A stretch of 64,000 bases of DNA from Polyangiales bacterium (GTDB lineage: Bacteria; Myxococcota_A; Polyangia; Polyangiales; Ga0077539). Shown one piece after another: positions 9,480 through 18,485 of this stretch; within the stretch, counting starts at the first letter, position 1, and each line of letters begins with the position of its first letter. A model generated the notes under the pieces. It was given only the letters and a program-made list of their open reading frames with translations, made no database searches and was not told where the DNA came from. A program made the translations under genes and the position numbers. Where the stretch lies: NCBI GenBank assembly GCA_044229975.1, contig JBGARZ010000021.1, positions 64,001 to 128,000 on the forward strand, read 5' to 3'.

Positions 9480-10865
9480 ATGGTGTTGGACCGATGTCCC
9501 GTGAAGAAGAAGCTGCTCTGGGGCGTGTCGTTGGCGGCGGTGGTGGCGCCGATGGTGGCGCTCGGGCTGCGAGTCCGGGAAGACGCCCGGGCTGATCGCG
9601 GGATGCGCGAGGGATTGGCGCTGCTCGACGTCTCCATCGATCGGGCGCCGACGCCCGAGTCCATCGACTGGCACCGCGCCGAGACGACCTTCGAGGGGGT
9701 GATGCACGCGAGCGGCGACGGCGATCGGGCCCGCCGGGCGAGGGCGCTCTGGCACGGGTGCCGCGCGCTGGGCGACCTGTCGCGGGCCGAGCTGGTGCTG
9801 GCGAGCGCGGAGATCCAGACGGCGAAGCGCGAAGACCCTGATGAGCCGCGGGTGGGGTTCATCGAGGCGGTGGTGCTGCAACGCCGCGGCGAGCGTCGGC
9901 GGGCGGCGCAGGTGCTGGAGACGATCACACGGTCGGCATCACTGTCGGACGCGCTGCGGATGCGGGTGGGTCTGCATCGGCTCGACCTGATGCTGGACGA
10001 GGGCGACGGCCACGCGGCGCTGACCCTGGCGGAGTCGCTCGCGCGCGGCACCAACGTGCACTCGGCGCTGGGCAACCGCCTGGGTCTCGCGCGCAGCGCG
10101 GTGGGTGACAACGTCGGCGCGCGGGCGGCCTTCGAGGCGGCGCGCGCGAGCGACCCGCGGGACGCGACGCCGCTCATCAACCTGGCGCGGCTGGCGCGGC
10201 AGACCGGCGACGCCGCGACGGCGCGGACGCTGTTGCAGCAGGCGCTGGCGCTCGACGGGACGAGCGGCGAGGCGTGGCTGGCATACGCGGTGGTGTTGAC
10301 CGACCTCGGGGCGCTGGTGGAGGCGCGGCGCGCGGTGCTCGACGCGGGAAGGCGGATGCCCGATCAGCCGGGGCCGTGGATGACGCAGGGCGAGATCGAC
10401 CTGCGCGAAGGGCACCCGGTGGAGGCGGCGGCGAGCTTCCGCGAGGCGCTCCAGCGGGCGCCCGACGACACCGGCGCGCGGACCAACCTGGGCGTGGCCT
10501 TGGCGCGAACGGGTGACCGACAGGGCGCGATGCGGGCCTTCGAGCAGGTGACGCAGCGGTCGCCGTCGGTGGGCCAGGCGTGGAACGGCCTGGGCGTGAT
10601 GCGGCTGTCGCTGAGCGACCCGGAGGGGGCGATCGGTCCGCTGGAGCACGCGACGCGGCTCCTGCCCGAAGACCCGAACCCTCCCTTGAATCTCGGCCTC
10701 GCCTACGAGCGGCTCCGGCGGTGGAACGAAGCGGCGCGCGCGTTTCGCGAGACGCTGCGGCGGTCGCCGACCAACGAGCTGGCGACGACGCACCTCGCGG
10801 CGATGCAGCCGTCGACGGCGGTGCGACCTGCGACGCCGCGCGCGCGGGTGACGGCGTCACGGTGA
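9480..10865 (+). CDS. Membrane-anchored tetratricopeptide repeat protein
   Basis: N-terminal hydrophobic helix; repeated TPR signatures (ARTNLGVALA, AWNGLGV, PPLNLGLAYERL). Confidence 0.82.
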   Translation: MVLDRCPVKKKLLWGVSLAAVVAPMVALGLRVREDARADRGMREGLALLDVSIDRAPTPESIDWHRAETTFEGVMHASGDGDRARRARALWHGCRALGDLSRAELVLASAEIQTAKREDPDEPRVGFIEAVVLQRRGERRRAAQVLETITRSASLSDALRMRVGLHRLDLMLDEGDGHAALTLAESLARGTNVHSALGNRLGLARSAVGDNVGARAAFEAARASDPRDATPLINLARLARQTGDAATARTLLQQALALDGTSGEAWLAYAVVLTDLGALVEARRAVLDAGRRMPDQPGPWMTQGEIDLREGHPVEAAASFREALQRAPDDTGARTNLGVALARTGDRQGAMRAFEQVTQRSPSVGQAWNGLGVMRLSLSDPEGAIGPLEHATRLLPEDPNPPLNLGLAYERLRRWNEAARAFRETLRRSPTNELATTHLAAMQPSTAVRPATPRARVTASR

Positions 10866-10887
10866 CCGTCGACTCGGCGACGGATCT

Positions 10888-11460
10888 CTAACGCTCCCGC
10901 GGCAGCCCCTCGGACACCAGATCGACGGTCGCCTCGCGCACCTCGATGGCGGGCTCGTGGTCCATCGGGTCGTCCGACGCGAGCGGCGGCTGCGAGGCGG
11001 GCGCCGGCGGCAGCAGCGACGGCCGCTCCACGGCACGGCCCGCGTCGAGCAGCGCATCGCGCACCGGCAGCCGGTACTGCTGCGTCACGCCCACGAGCAG
11101 GTCGAGCGCGATCACGACCTCGCCCCGCTGGAGCGACTCGGTCGGCAGCTCGGCGCGCAGCGTGAGGTCGCCGTCGTCGTCGAGCGCGAACTTCACCAGC
11201 GTGAGGTTGTAGTTCACCGCGAGGATGCGACCGAGGAAGCGCGGAGGGTACTTGCCCGCGCCCCACGGCTTCGTCGTCGACGACTCCAGGAAGGGCAGCA
11301 CCGCGAGGTACATCCACGGCCCCGCGTGGCGCACCACGAGGCGGATCTCCCCCGCGTCGCTCTCCAGCGTGCAGCGCAAGGTGTGCTCGTCGAGCAGCCG
11401 TGGTGACCACGAGCGCTCATCCAGGATCGCCTTGACGTCTTCCACCCCGAGGGCAGCCAT
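10888..11460 (-). CDS. YbjN/CesT-like chaperone-fold protein
   Basis: ILAVNYNLTLVKFALDDDGDLTLRAELP is typical of YbjN-like domains. Confidence 0.65.
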   Translation of the reverse strand: MAALGVEDVKAILDERSWSPRLLDEHTLRCTLESDAGEIRLVVRHAGPWMYLAVLPFLESSTTKPWGAGKYPPRFLGRILAVNYNLTLVKFALDDDGDLTLRAELPTESLQRGEVVIALDLLVGVTQQYRLPVRDALLDAGRAVERPSLLPPAPASQPPLASDDPMDHEPAIEVREATVDLVSEGLPRER

Positions 11461-11526
11461 ACTCACCCGCCATCTGACCGGGTCGGGCGCCCGCCCGTCA
11501 AGCGCCGATCGCTCCGCACCCCCCGG

Positions 11527-11847
11527 TCAGGCCCCATCGAGGGGGTCGGGGTGCGCCCCCGCGAGCTTCTCGACCTCCGCCCGAAGCTTCGGGTGGGCCA
11601 GCAGTTTTCGCACGAGCAGCATGAAGCCCGGGTCGGCCAGGAGCTGCATCGGCGACGGGCTTTTCGTGGGCTTCGGCGGCGGATGGGCCCGCAGCTTCTC
11701 CATGGCGAGGCAGTGGGCCTTGGTCGGAAACTCGTCCCCGGCCTCCCACGAGCGCAACAACGCCACATCGACGTCGAGCGCCTCGGCCATCGCCCGCACG
11801 TTGATGCCGAGCTCCTTCCGGAGCGCCTTGATATCGTCCGCGGTCAT
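11527..11847 (-). CDS. XRE-family helix-turn-helix protein
   Basis: IKALRKELGINVRAMAEALDVDVALLRSWEAGDEFP HTH_XRE pattern. Confidence 0.8.
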   Translation of the reverse strand: MTADDIKALRKELGINVRAMAEALDVDVALLRSWEAGDEFPTKAHCLAMEKLRAHPPPKPTKSPSPMQLLADPGFMLLVRKLLAHPKLRAEVEKLAGAHPDPLDGA

Positions 11848-11868
11848 GGCGCGGTAGCATAGGCGCGG

Positions 11869-12414
11869 ATGGAGCTACGCACGCAACTCGCCATCGTCGC
11901 CGCCGTCGCCATCGCCTGGTCGGCGGGGCGCTTCGTCCGCGTGAGGGCCGTGGTCGACTCCCGCGACAACGACCGCCTCTCGCTCGCCGCGCTCGAAGCC
12001 CGCATCGCGCGCCACCCCGACGACGCCGCGGGCACACGAACCCTCCTGCGCCGCTACTTCGACCAGGGCATGCCCCGCCTCGTCGTCGACAGCGCCCAGC
12101 GCGCGCCCGCCAACGTCCAGCACGACGGCGCGGTGTGCCTCACGGTCGCCCGCGCCCACGAGGCGCTCGGCAGCGTTCGCACGGCGCAGGCGGTGGTCAA
12201 CGGCGCGCTCTCGCGGTGCGGCATCTTGCCGGAGTCGCTCCTCGAAGGCGCCGGCTGCGACCACCGGACGCAGGCCGAGCTCGCCATGGAGATCGTCGCC
12301 CTCGACCGCATGATCGAGTGGAACATCACCCCGCAGAGCGACCCCGCGCGCGCCTCCCTCGCGCACGAGCTGTCGACCCGCCCGGTTCGCATCAGCGCCC
12401 GGTCGTCGCAGTAG
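11869..12414 (+). CDS. Hypothetical membrane-anchored protein with TPR-like helices
   Basis: ATG start, N-terminal TM helix, ARIARHPDD TPR-like turn, good codon bias. Confidence 0.6.
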   Translation: MELRTQLAIVAAVAIAWSAGRFVRVRAVVDSRDNDRLSLAALEARIARHPDDAAGTRTLLRRYFDQGMPRLVVDSAQRAPANVQHDGAVCLTVARAHEALGSVRTAQAVVNGALSRCGILPESLLEGAGCDHRTQAELAMEIVALDRMIEWNITPQSDPARASLAHELSTRPVRISARSSQ

Positions 12415-12420
12415 CGCTCA

Positions 12421-12543
12421 GAAGGTCAGCACAAACCGTCGCGAGCACCCCGAGACGAGGGAGGCCGCGCGAGACATACGCGGGGTATTTCGAGCGCGGC
12501 CGACCGCTGGATCGGGGGGCGCAGCAGGTTTGTGCTGACCTTC
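12421..12543. mobile_element. 123-bp MITE-like element
   Basis: Perfect 17-bp terminal inverted repeats GAAGGTCAGCACAAACC (12421-12437) and GGTTTGTGCTGACCTTC (12527-12543); TCA on both flanks (12418-12420, 12544-12546); internal IR GGCCGCGC (12463-12470) / GCGCGGCC (12494-12501). Confidence 0.7.
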
Positions 12544-12873
12544 TCAGATTCCGCGCGGCACCTTGGCGAGGTCGAGCTGCAACATCGCGGCGCGCAGCAC
12601 CGACGAGCGGCTGGCCTTCGTGTGCCCCTTGCGCTTCAGGTCGCGCACGGCGGCGTCGAGCCGGTCGAGGTCTTCGGTGTAGAGCGAGATGCAGATGACC
12701 TTGTAGTGCTCGGGTCGGGCCTTCGCGTCGGGCACCGCGCGCCGCGGCCCCGGCCGCTCCGTCTCCTCGGTGAACGTGGGCGAGAAGAACCGCTCGCGCA
12801 GCACCGTGTCGATGTCGTCGCCCAGCACATCTTGAATCCCCTGCGAGGGGTCCTTCAGCGTCGTCCTTGCCAT
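12544..12873 (-). CDS. Small ParA partner with C-terminal ribbon-helix-helix-like domain (109 aa)
   Basis: ATG overlaps the parA stop (TGATG); C-terminus YKVICISLYTEDLDRLDAAVRDLKRKGHTKASRSSVLRAAM has strand-helix-helix pattern. Confidence 0.7.
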   Translation of the reverse strand: MARTTLKDPSQGIQDVLGDDIDTVLRERFFSPTFTEETERPGPRRAVPDAKARPEHYKVICISLYTEDLDRLDAAVRDLKRKGHTKASRSSVLRAAMLQLDLAKVPRGI

Positions 12874-13997
12874 CACGCCACCTCCGCCGCGGCCATCGCC
12901 GGCGCCACCACCGGGGTCGCCCGCACCGTCGCCACCAGCTCGCCGTTGGTCGCGGCCGGCGCCTTGTGATCGCGCTGCACCGCCTTGAGCACGCGATCGA
13001 CCACCGTCGCGTAGTCCTCGGCGCCGTGCGAGTCCGGCGCGTACTCGAAGATCGTCTGCTTGGCCGCGGGCGCCTCGCGCAGCTTCATGTTGGCGCGCAC
13101 CGGCGGGAAGCACAGGTCCTCGAACTTCTTCTGGAGGGTGTCCGTCACCTCGCGACCGAGCTTGTGCCGCGCGTCGTAGAAGGTCGGAATCACCCCGAGG
13201 ATGTACACCGGGTGCTTGAGCGCCTCGTGCACGTGGCCAAGCGTTCGCACGCACTGCTTCACGCCCACCAGCGCGAGGTAGTCGCAGCTCACCGGGATGA
13301 GCACCGAGTCGGCGTAGCAGAGGGCGTTCTGGTTGAGCAGCGAGAGCGACGGCGAGCAGTCGAGCACCACCACGTCGTAGGCGTCCGAGCCCATCATCCG
13401 CTCGCGCAGCACCCGGTCACGCGCGGGCCGCGACGCGAGGTACACCTCCGCCGCCGCCAGCGTCTCGTTGGACGTGATGACGTCGAGGTTCTCGCGCACC
13501 GGGACCGCCACCTCGCGCGGGTCGGTTCCGAGGACGAGCACATGGTAGAGCGTGCTCTCGCTCTTCAGGCCCAGCGAGACCCCGACGTTGCCCTGCGGGT
13601 CGACGTCGACGAGCAGCACGCGCAGGCCCTTCTCCGCGAGGCCCGCGGCGACGTTGATGGCCGTCGTGGTCTTGCCCGTTCCGCCCTTGTGGTTGAACAC
13701 CGCGATGCGCCGCGTGGCCTTCGCCGGCGCCGGGGCGGCGACCAGCGCCTCACGACACGCCTGCGTGCACATGAAGCGCGTGCCGTGGTCCTCGACCATC
13801 ACCTGCCACGCAAACTCCAGCTTGAACGGCCGCTCACAGTGCGAGCAGCTGGCCGCCCCGCGGTCGACCCCGAGGTGCTTCTGCTGGCACCGCTGCGAGC
13901 AGAAGTGCCGCACGCCCGCGGCGTCCTCTGTCACCTGGTAGCGGAACTTCAGCTCGAAGCCCTTCCCGCACACCGAACACGTCTTGCCTGTCGCCAT
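12873..13997 (-). CDS. ParA/Soj-family ATPase with two N-terminal TRASH/FCS-like Cys4 domains
   Basis: Deviant Walker [19 protein letters not shown], Walker B VVLDCSP; N-terminus has two C-x2-C-x22-C-x3-C repeats. Confidence 0.9.
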   Translation of the reverse strand: MATGKTCSVCGKGFELKFRYQVTEDAAGVRHFCSQRCQQKHLGVDRGAASCSHCERPFKLEFAWQVMVEDHGTRFMCTQACREALVAAPAPAKATRRIAVFNHKGGTGKTTTAINVAAGLAEKGLRVLLVDVDPQGNVGVSLGLKSESTLYHVLVLGTDPREVAVPVRENLDVITSNETLAAAEVYLASRPARDRVLRERMMGSDAYDVVVLDCSPSLSLLNQNALCYADSVLIPVSCDYLALVGVKQCVRTLGHVHEALKHPVYILGVIPTFYDARHKLGREVTDTLQKKFEDLCFPPVRANMKLREAPAAKQTIFEYAPDSHGAEDYATVVDRVLKAVQRDHKAPAATNGELVATVRATPVVAPAMAAAEVA

Positions 13998-14163
13998 TCG
14001 TCGCCTCCCGTTCCCAGCGCCGCGGCGAGCGCTTCGGAGACCCCGTCCAAGGGTCCGAAGCACCTCCGCAACTGGTTATGGAAGCGCCGTTAGCCTGCGC
14101 CGGAATGGTGCCGCAAATTTTCGGCGGAGAAGTTTCGCCGCTGCGTAGGCCGACAGGCGTCGG

Positions 14164-14694
14164 TCAGTGGACGACGGGGCCGTTGGCGCCCGTGAAGTCC
14201 ACCACGCCGTCGTGGCGGTCGGGGATGCCCACGAGGCCGATGCGACCGCGGGCGATCTCGGTGGCGCCGCGCGAGTCGTTGACCGTGATGGCGACCTCGT
14301 AGTTTTCCATCGGCTGGAACTCGTCGGGCCCGCGGTGCAGCACCGTCTGGTGATAGAAGATCTGGTCGTTGGGGTTGGTGAGCGCGATGGCCTGGTTGGT
14401 CACATACCGCCGGGTGCGCCCCTCCAGCTTGTAGAACACCAACGTCACCTCGACGGCCCGCGGCGCCCTCGCCAGGAAGGCCATGAACTGTACCCGCCAC
14501 ACGTGCGACTGGGTGTCTTCGGCGTAGGTGCGCGCCTGGTTGGAGGTCGCCCAGCCGCGGATGTTGCCCACCATCTCGCGCGGCGGACGGCGGTTGGTGA
14601 ACACGATGGACCCGTTGGACTGCGCCGGGAGGTGAGACGTGGTGGCAAGCGCCGCAGCGCCGAGGAAGGAGGCCAGGAGGGCTCGTCGGTTCAT
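14164..14694 (-). CDS. Hypothetical exported protein (Tat-like signal, beta-rich)
   Basis: MNRRALLASFLGAAALA twin-Arg-like leader; good codon bias. Confidence 0.65.
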   Translation of the reverse strand: MNRRALLASFLGAAALATTSHLPAQSNGSIVFTNRRPPREMVGNIRGWATSNQARTYAEDTQSHVWRVQFMAFLARAPRAVEVTLVFYKLEGRTRRYVTNQAIALTNPNDQIFYHQTVLHRGPDEFQPMENYEVAITVNDSRGATEIARGRIGLVGIPDRHDGVVDFTGANGPVVH

Positions 14695-14798
14695 GGGAGG
14701 GCTACGCAGTCTATCCAAGACCGCTTCAGAGACAATCCCACCGCGCTGCCGAAAACTGGCGCCCAGCCCTCCGGGTGTGACAGCGCCTTCGGGAGCCG

Positions 14799-17168
14799 AT
14801 GCAGCCCTCCACGATGCCCTCCGCGCGCGCGCTCTCCGAGCGGGCGATCACCCTGGCCCAGGAGGCGCGCGTCACCCCGACGACCCTCCACCTCATGGTG
14901 GCCGCCGCCGACGGCTCGCCCGAGCTCGCGCGTCTGCTGAGGTCGTTCGGGCTGCGCTCCATCGAGCTGCGCCAGGCCAGCGCCCAGCACCAGGAACCCG
15001 ACGGCACCCTCGGCCGCGCCCAGGTGCAATCACGCACGCTCGCCGTCGCGCAAGGCGTCGCCGAACCCAACGGTCGCCACCTCCTCGCCGCCGCCGTGGT
15101 CATCCCCGACAGCAGCGTCGGCGTCGTGCTCCGCGGCCTCGGGCAAGACCTCGCCAAGGTCGCCCGCACCCTCGTCGGCCCGATGCCCGTGTCGCGCGTC
15201 GTCGCCCCGCGCTCGGCCGAGCTCGCCGCCGTGTCCGCCTCCATCGCCGCCACGCAGGGCTCACCGCGCGTTCCGGCTTCGGCGAGCATGGCCGTGTCTC
15301 GCTCGCGGCTGTCGCCCCTCGACGCGCGCCGCGTGCAGCCCGTCACGCCACCACCATTGCCGACGGCGAAGTCCGCTCCGCCGCGCGTGCGACCGACGCG
15401 CATCAAGGCCGTCGAGGCGCCCGACGAGATCGCGACCGCGCGCCGCAAGAGCCCCGTGCTCGACCGCTGGCTTCTCCCCGCCACCGGGCCCGAGATCGTC
15501 GGTCGCGAGGACGAGCTCGCCCGCCTGCGCGACGCCGTCGAGCGTCGTGAGTCGCGCGGCGCCCTCCTCGTCGGCGCCCCCGGCGTCGGCAAGAACGCCC
15601 TCCTCACGGCCCTCTCCCGCGAGACCGGCGGCGCCGTGTTGCGACTGCGCCACGCCGACGTGATGGCGGCCCTGCGCGGCGAAGAAGCCGAGGCCGCCCG
15701 CGCCGCGCTCACCTGGGCTGCGCGCGGTCACGCCGTGGTCGCGCTCGACCCCGTCGCTGCATGGACCTCTCCCCGCGAGACGCCCGACGACGTGCTCACC
15801 GCCATGCGCGCGTGGATGCAGTCGGGGCGCGTTCCGTGGGTGGGCGTCGCCACCGCCGAGGAGGCGCGTCGCCTCGTCGAGAGCGACCCATGGATCGACC
15901 AGGGGTCCCAGCGCATCGACCTCGACGAGCTCCCTCCCGCGCAGGTCATCGACGTGGTGGTCGCCCGCGCGCACGCCCTGTCGTCGCTGCACAACGTCAC
16001 CATGACCAGCGAGCTCGCCCAGCGCGCCGTCGCCCTCTGCGACCGCTACGCCGGGGGCCGCGCGCAGCCCGAACGCACGCTCACGGTCATCGACCTCGGC
16101 CTCGCCCGCGCCCGCCGCGAAGGCCGCGCCGCGCTCGATGACGACACCCTCTGCGAAGTCGTCGCGGGCGTCGCGGGGCTCCCCCGCGAGCGCGTCGCGA
16201 GCACCGACCACGCCCGTCTGCTGGCGCTCGAAGAGCACCTCGGCGCCCGCGTCGTCGGACACCGCGCGGCCCTCTCGCGCATCGCTGATGTGGTGCGCCG
16301 CAACGCCGTGGGTTTTCGCGGCTCGCGCCCGCTCGGAACCTTCCTCCTCCTCGGCCCCACCGGCGTCGGGAAGACCGAGACCGCGAAGGCGCTGGCCGAA
16401 GCTCTCTTCCCCGGTGATGGCGGCCTCTCGCGCTTCGACATGGCGGAGTACTCCGAGGCGCACGCCGTCGCGCGTCTGGTCGGCGCACCGCCTGGATACG
16501 TGGGCTACGGCGAGGGCGGTCAGCTCACCGAGGCGGTGAAGCGACGGCCGTGGCAGCTCATCCTCATCGACGAGATCGAGAAGGCGCACCGCGACGTTCT
16601 CCAGGCGCTGCTCGGCTTGCTCGACGAGGGGCGCATGACCGACGGCCGCGGCCGCACGGCGGACTTCCGCAACACGCTCATCGTGATGACGAGCAACCTC
16701 GGAGCGGAGGCGTTTCAGGCCACGATGACCCGCCGCGGGGTGGGCTTTGCGAGCGTTCGTCCGACGACGGACGTCAGCGTCGATGCGTCGCAGTCGGTGC
16801 TCGACGCCGCCCGTGCCTCGCTCCCGCCCGAGCTCTGGAACCGCATCGACGAGCCCCTCGTCTTCGGCGCCCTGTCGCGCGCGGAGGTCGCCGAGGTCGC
16901 GCGCCGCCTGCTCGACGATCGCGCCGGAAGGCTGGAGAAGGAGCAGGGCGTCTCGCTCCGCATCGACCCCACCGTGGTTGAGCTCCTGCTGGCGGGCGGC
17001 GGGTACGACGCGTTGCTTGGTGCGCGTCCGATGCGCCGGGCGGTGGCGCGTCTGGTGGAGGCTCCGCTGGCCGAGGCGGTGCTGCGCGGTCGCCTCCCGC
17101 GAGGGTCGAGCGCGAGGGTCTCGGCGGCGGACGGAGCGCTGCGCATCGAGGTAGCGGGAGACCCTTGA
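14799..17168 (+). CDS. ClpA/ClpC-like Hsp100 ATPase with degenerate NBD1
   Basis: Clp_N-like start; NBD1 GAPGVGKN and VVALDP (degenerate); NBD2 GPTGVGKTE, GAPPGYVGY, LIDEIEKAH, MTSNLG, ELWNRID, GARPMRR. Confidence 0.88.
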   Translation: MQPSTMPSARALSERAITLAQEARVTPTTLHLMVAAADGSPELARLLRSFGLRSIELRQASAQHQEPDGTLGRAQVQSRTLAVAQGVAEPNGRHLLAAAVVIPDSSVGVVLRGLGQDLAKVARTLVGPMPVSRVVAPRSAELAAVSASIAATQGSPRVPASASMAVSRSRLSPLDARRVQPVTPPPLPTAKSAPPRVRPTRIKAVEAPDEIATARRKSPVLDRWLLPATGPEIVGREDELARLRDAVERRESRGALLVGAPGVGKNALLTALSRETGGAVLRLRHADVMAALRGEEAEAARAALTWAARGHAVVALDPVAAWTSPRETPDDVLTAMRAWMQSGRVPWVGVATAEEARRLVESDPWIDQGSQRIDLDELPPAQVIDVVVARAHALSSLHNVTMTSELAQRAVALCDRYAGGRAQPERTLTVIDLGLARARREGRAALDDDTLCEVVAGVAGLPRERVASTDHARLLALEEHLGARVVGHRAALSRIADVVRRNAVGFRGSRPLGTFLLLGPTGVGKTETAKALAEALFPGDGGLSRFDMAEYSEAHAVARLVGAPPGYVGYGEGGQLTEAVKRRPWQLILIDEIEKAHRDVLQALLGLLDEGRMTDGRGRTADFRNTLIVMTSNLGAEAFQATMTRRGVGFASVRPTTDVSVDASQSVLDAARASLPPELWNRIDEPLVFGALSRAEVAEVARRLLDDRAGRLEKEQGVSLRIDPTVVELLLAGGGYDALLGARPMRRAVARLVEAPLAEAVLRGRLPRGSSARVSAADGALRIEVAGDP

Positions 17169-17188
17169 TCGCGGGGGACGTTGGGGGC

Positions 17189-18475
17189 ATGGTCCGCCCG
17201 CCAATGGCTGCCACCAGCGAGGGACCGGAGTTCGATCTGCCGCGTCGCTTCGGGCGATACGTGCTGTTCGACCACATCGGTCGCGGCGGCATGGCGGAGA
17301 TCTACCTGGCTCGCGGCACCACCCAGATGGGGGCCGCGCGGCTCGCGGTCGTGAAGGTGGTGCTCAACCAGTTCTCCGACGACCCCGCGTTTGCGTCGAT
17401 GCTCATCAGCGAGGCGAAGCTCGCGGCGCGGCTCTCCCATCGCAACATCGTCCAGACCTTCGACCTCGGTCGCGAGGAGGGTCGGCTCTACATCGCGATG
17501 GAGTACGTCGAGGGCTTCGACGTCACGCAGCTCCTGCGCAAGCTCTCGCAGAAGAAGATCGGGCTGCCCGCGGAGTTCGGCTTCTACGTGGTGCTGGAGA
17601 TGCTCCAGTCGCTCGACTACGCGCACCGCTGCTCGGACGACGACGGCAACGCGCTCGGCATCGTGCACCGCGACGTGTCCCCCTCCAACGTGCTGGTCTC
17701 GCTGGAGGGCGAGGTGAAGCTCTGCGACTTCGGCATCGCGCGCGCCGTCACCGACATCGCCGAGCTGCCCGCGGGGGCCCTCGAAGGCAAGGCCGCGTAC
17801 ATGTCCCCCGAGCAGGCGCGGGGCGAGCGCATCGACGGCCGCGCCGACATCTTCTCGGCGAGCATCATCCTGTGGGAGCTGCTCTGCGGCCGACGCATGT
17901 ACAAGGCCCAGCCCGATCGCGAGGTCATCGACATCGCGCGCGCCGGCGAGGTGCCCGCGCTCATCGACCGCGGACTGCCGCAGTACGCCGAGCTGCAAGC
18001 CATCGTGTCCAAGGGCCTCGCGGCCGCCCGCGAAGATCGCTACGCCACGGCCGGGGCGATGGCGCGCGACCTGGAGGACTACATCATCCGCAACCGCCTC
18101 CGGGCGTCGCCGATGAAGCTCGGGCACTTCCTCACCGAGCAGTTCGAGACCGAGCTGGTGAGCGTGCGTCGCGACCTCGAACAGCGCGCCCTGTCGGTCA
18201 CCGCGGAGGTCCCGGTGGAGGTCATCCCCAACCTCTACTCCGACCCGCCGCCGCCGATGGTCACCGCGCCGCCGCCCCACGCTGCGCCGCAGGACGTCGA
18301 CCCCCTGCCGCTCCTCTCGTCGGGCCCGCCGATGCCCGTCGCCGTCGTCGCGCCGCCTGTCGTTGCACCGGCGTTCGCGCCGCCTCCGCCGAAGCGCCCC
18401 GTGGCCGTCGTCGCGCTCGCGGTGGTGGCGGTGCTCGGCGTCGTGGCGCTGGTCGTCTCGCAGCTCGCGCACTGA
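17189..18475 (+). CDS. Ser/Thr protein kinase with C-terminal TM anchor
   Basis: GRGGMAEIY, HRDVSPSN, KLCDFGIA, YMSPEQ; terminal hydrophobic helix. Confidence 0.92.
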   Translation: MVRPPMAATSEGPEFDLPRRFGRYVLFDHIGRGGMAEIYLARGTTQMGAARLAVVKVVLNQFSDDPAFASMLISEAKLAARLSHRNIVQTFDLGREEGRLYIAMEYVEGFDVTQLLRKLSQKKIGLPAEFGFYVVLEMLQSLDYAHRCSDDDGNALGIVHRDVSPSNVLVSLEGEVKLCDFGIARAVTDIAELPAGALEGKAAYMSPEQARGERIDGRADIFSASIILWELLCGRRMYKAQPDREVIDIARAGEVPALIDRGLPQYAELQAIVSKGLAAAREDRYATAGAMARDLEDYIIRNRLRASPMKLGHFLTEQFETELVSVRRDLEQRALSVTAEVPVEVIPNLYSDPPPPMVTAPPPHAAPQDVDPLPLLSSGPPMPVAVVAPPVVAPAFAPPPPKRPVAVVALAVVAVLGVVALVVSQLAH

Positions 18476-18485
18476 CGTCGTCGCC

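Noticed and set aside
12544..13997. ParA pair as evidence of an integrated plasmid or prophage
   Set aside because: No integrase, rep, phage or conjugation genes nearby, and no visible compositional shift from flanking genes
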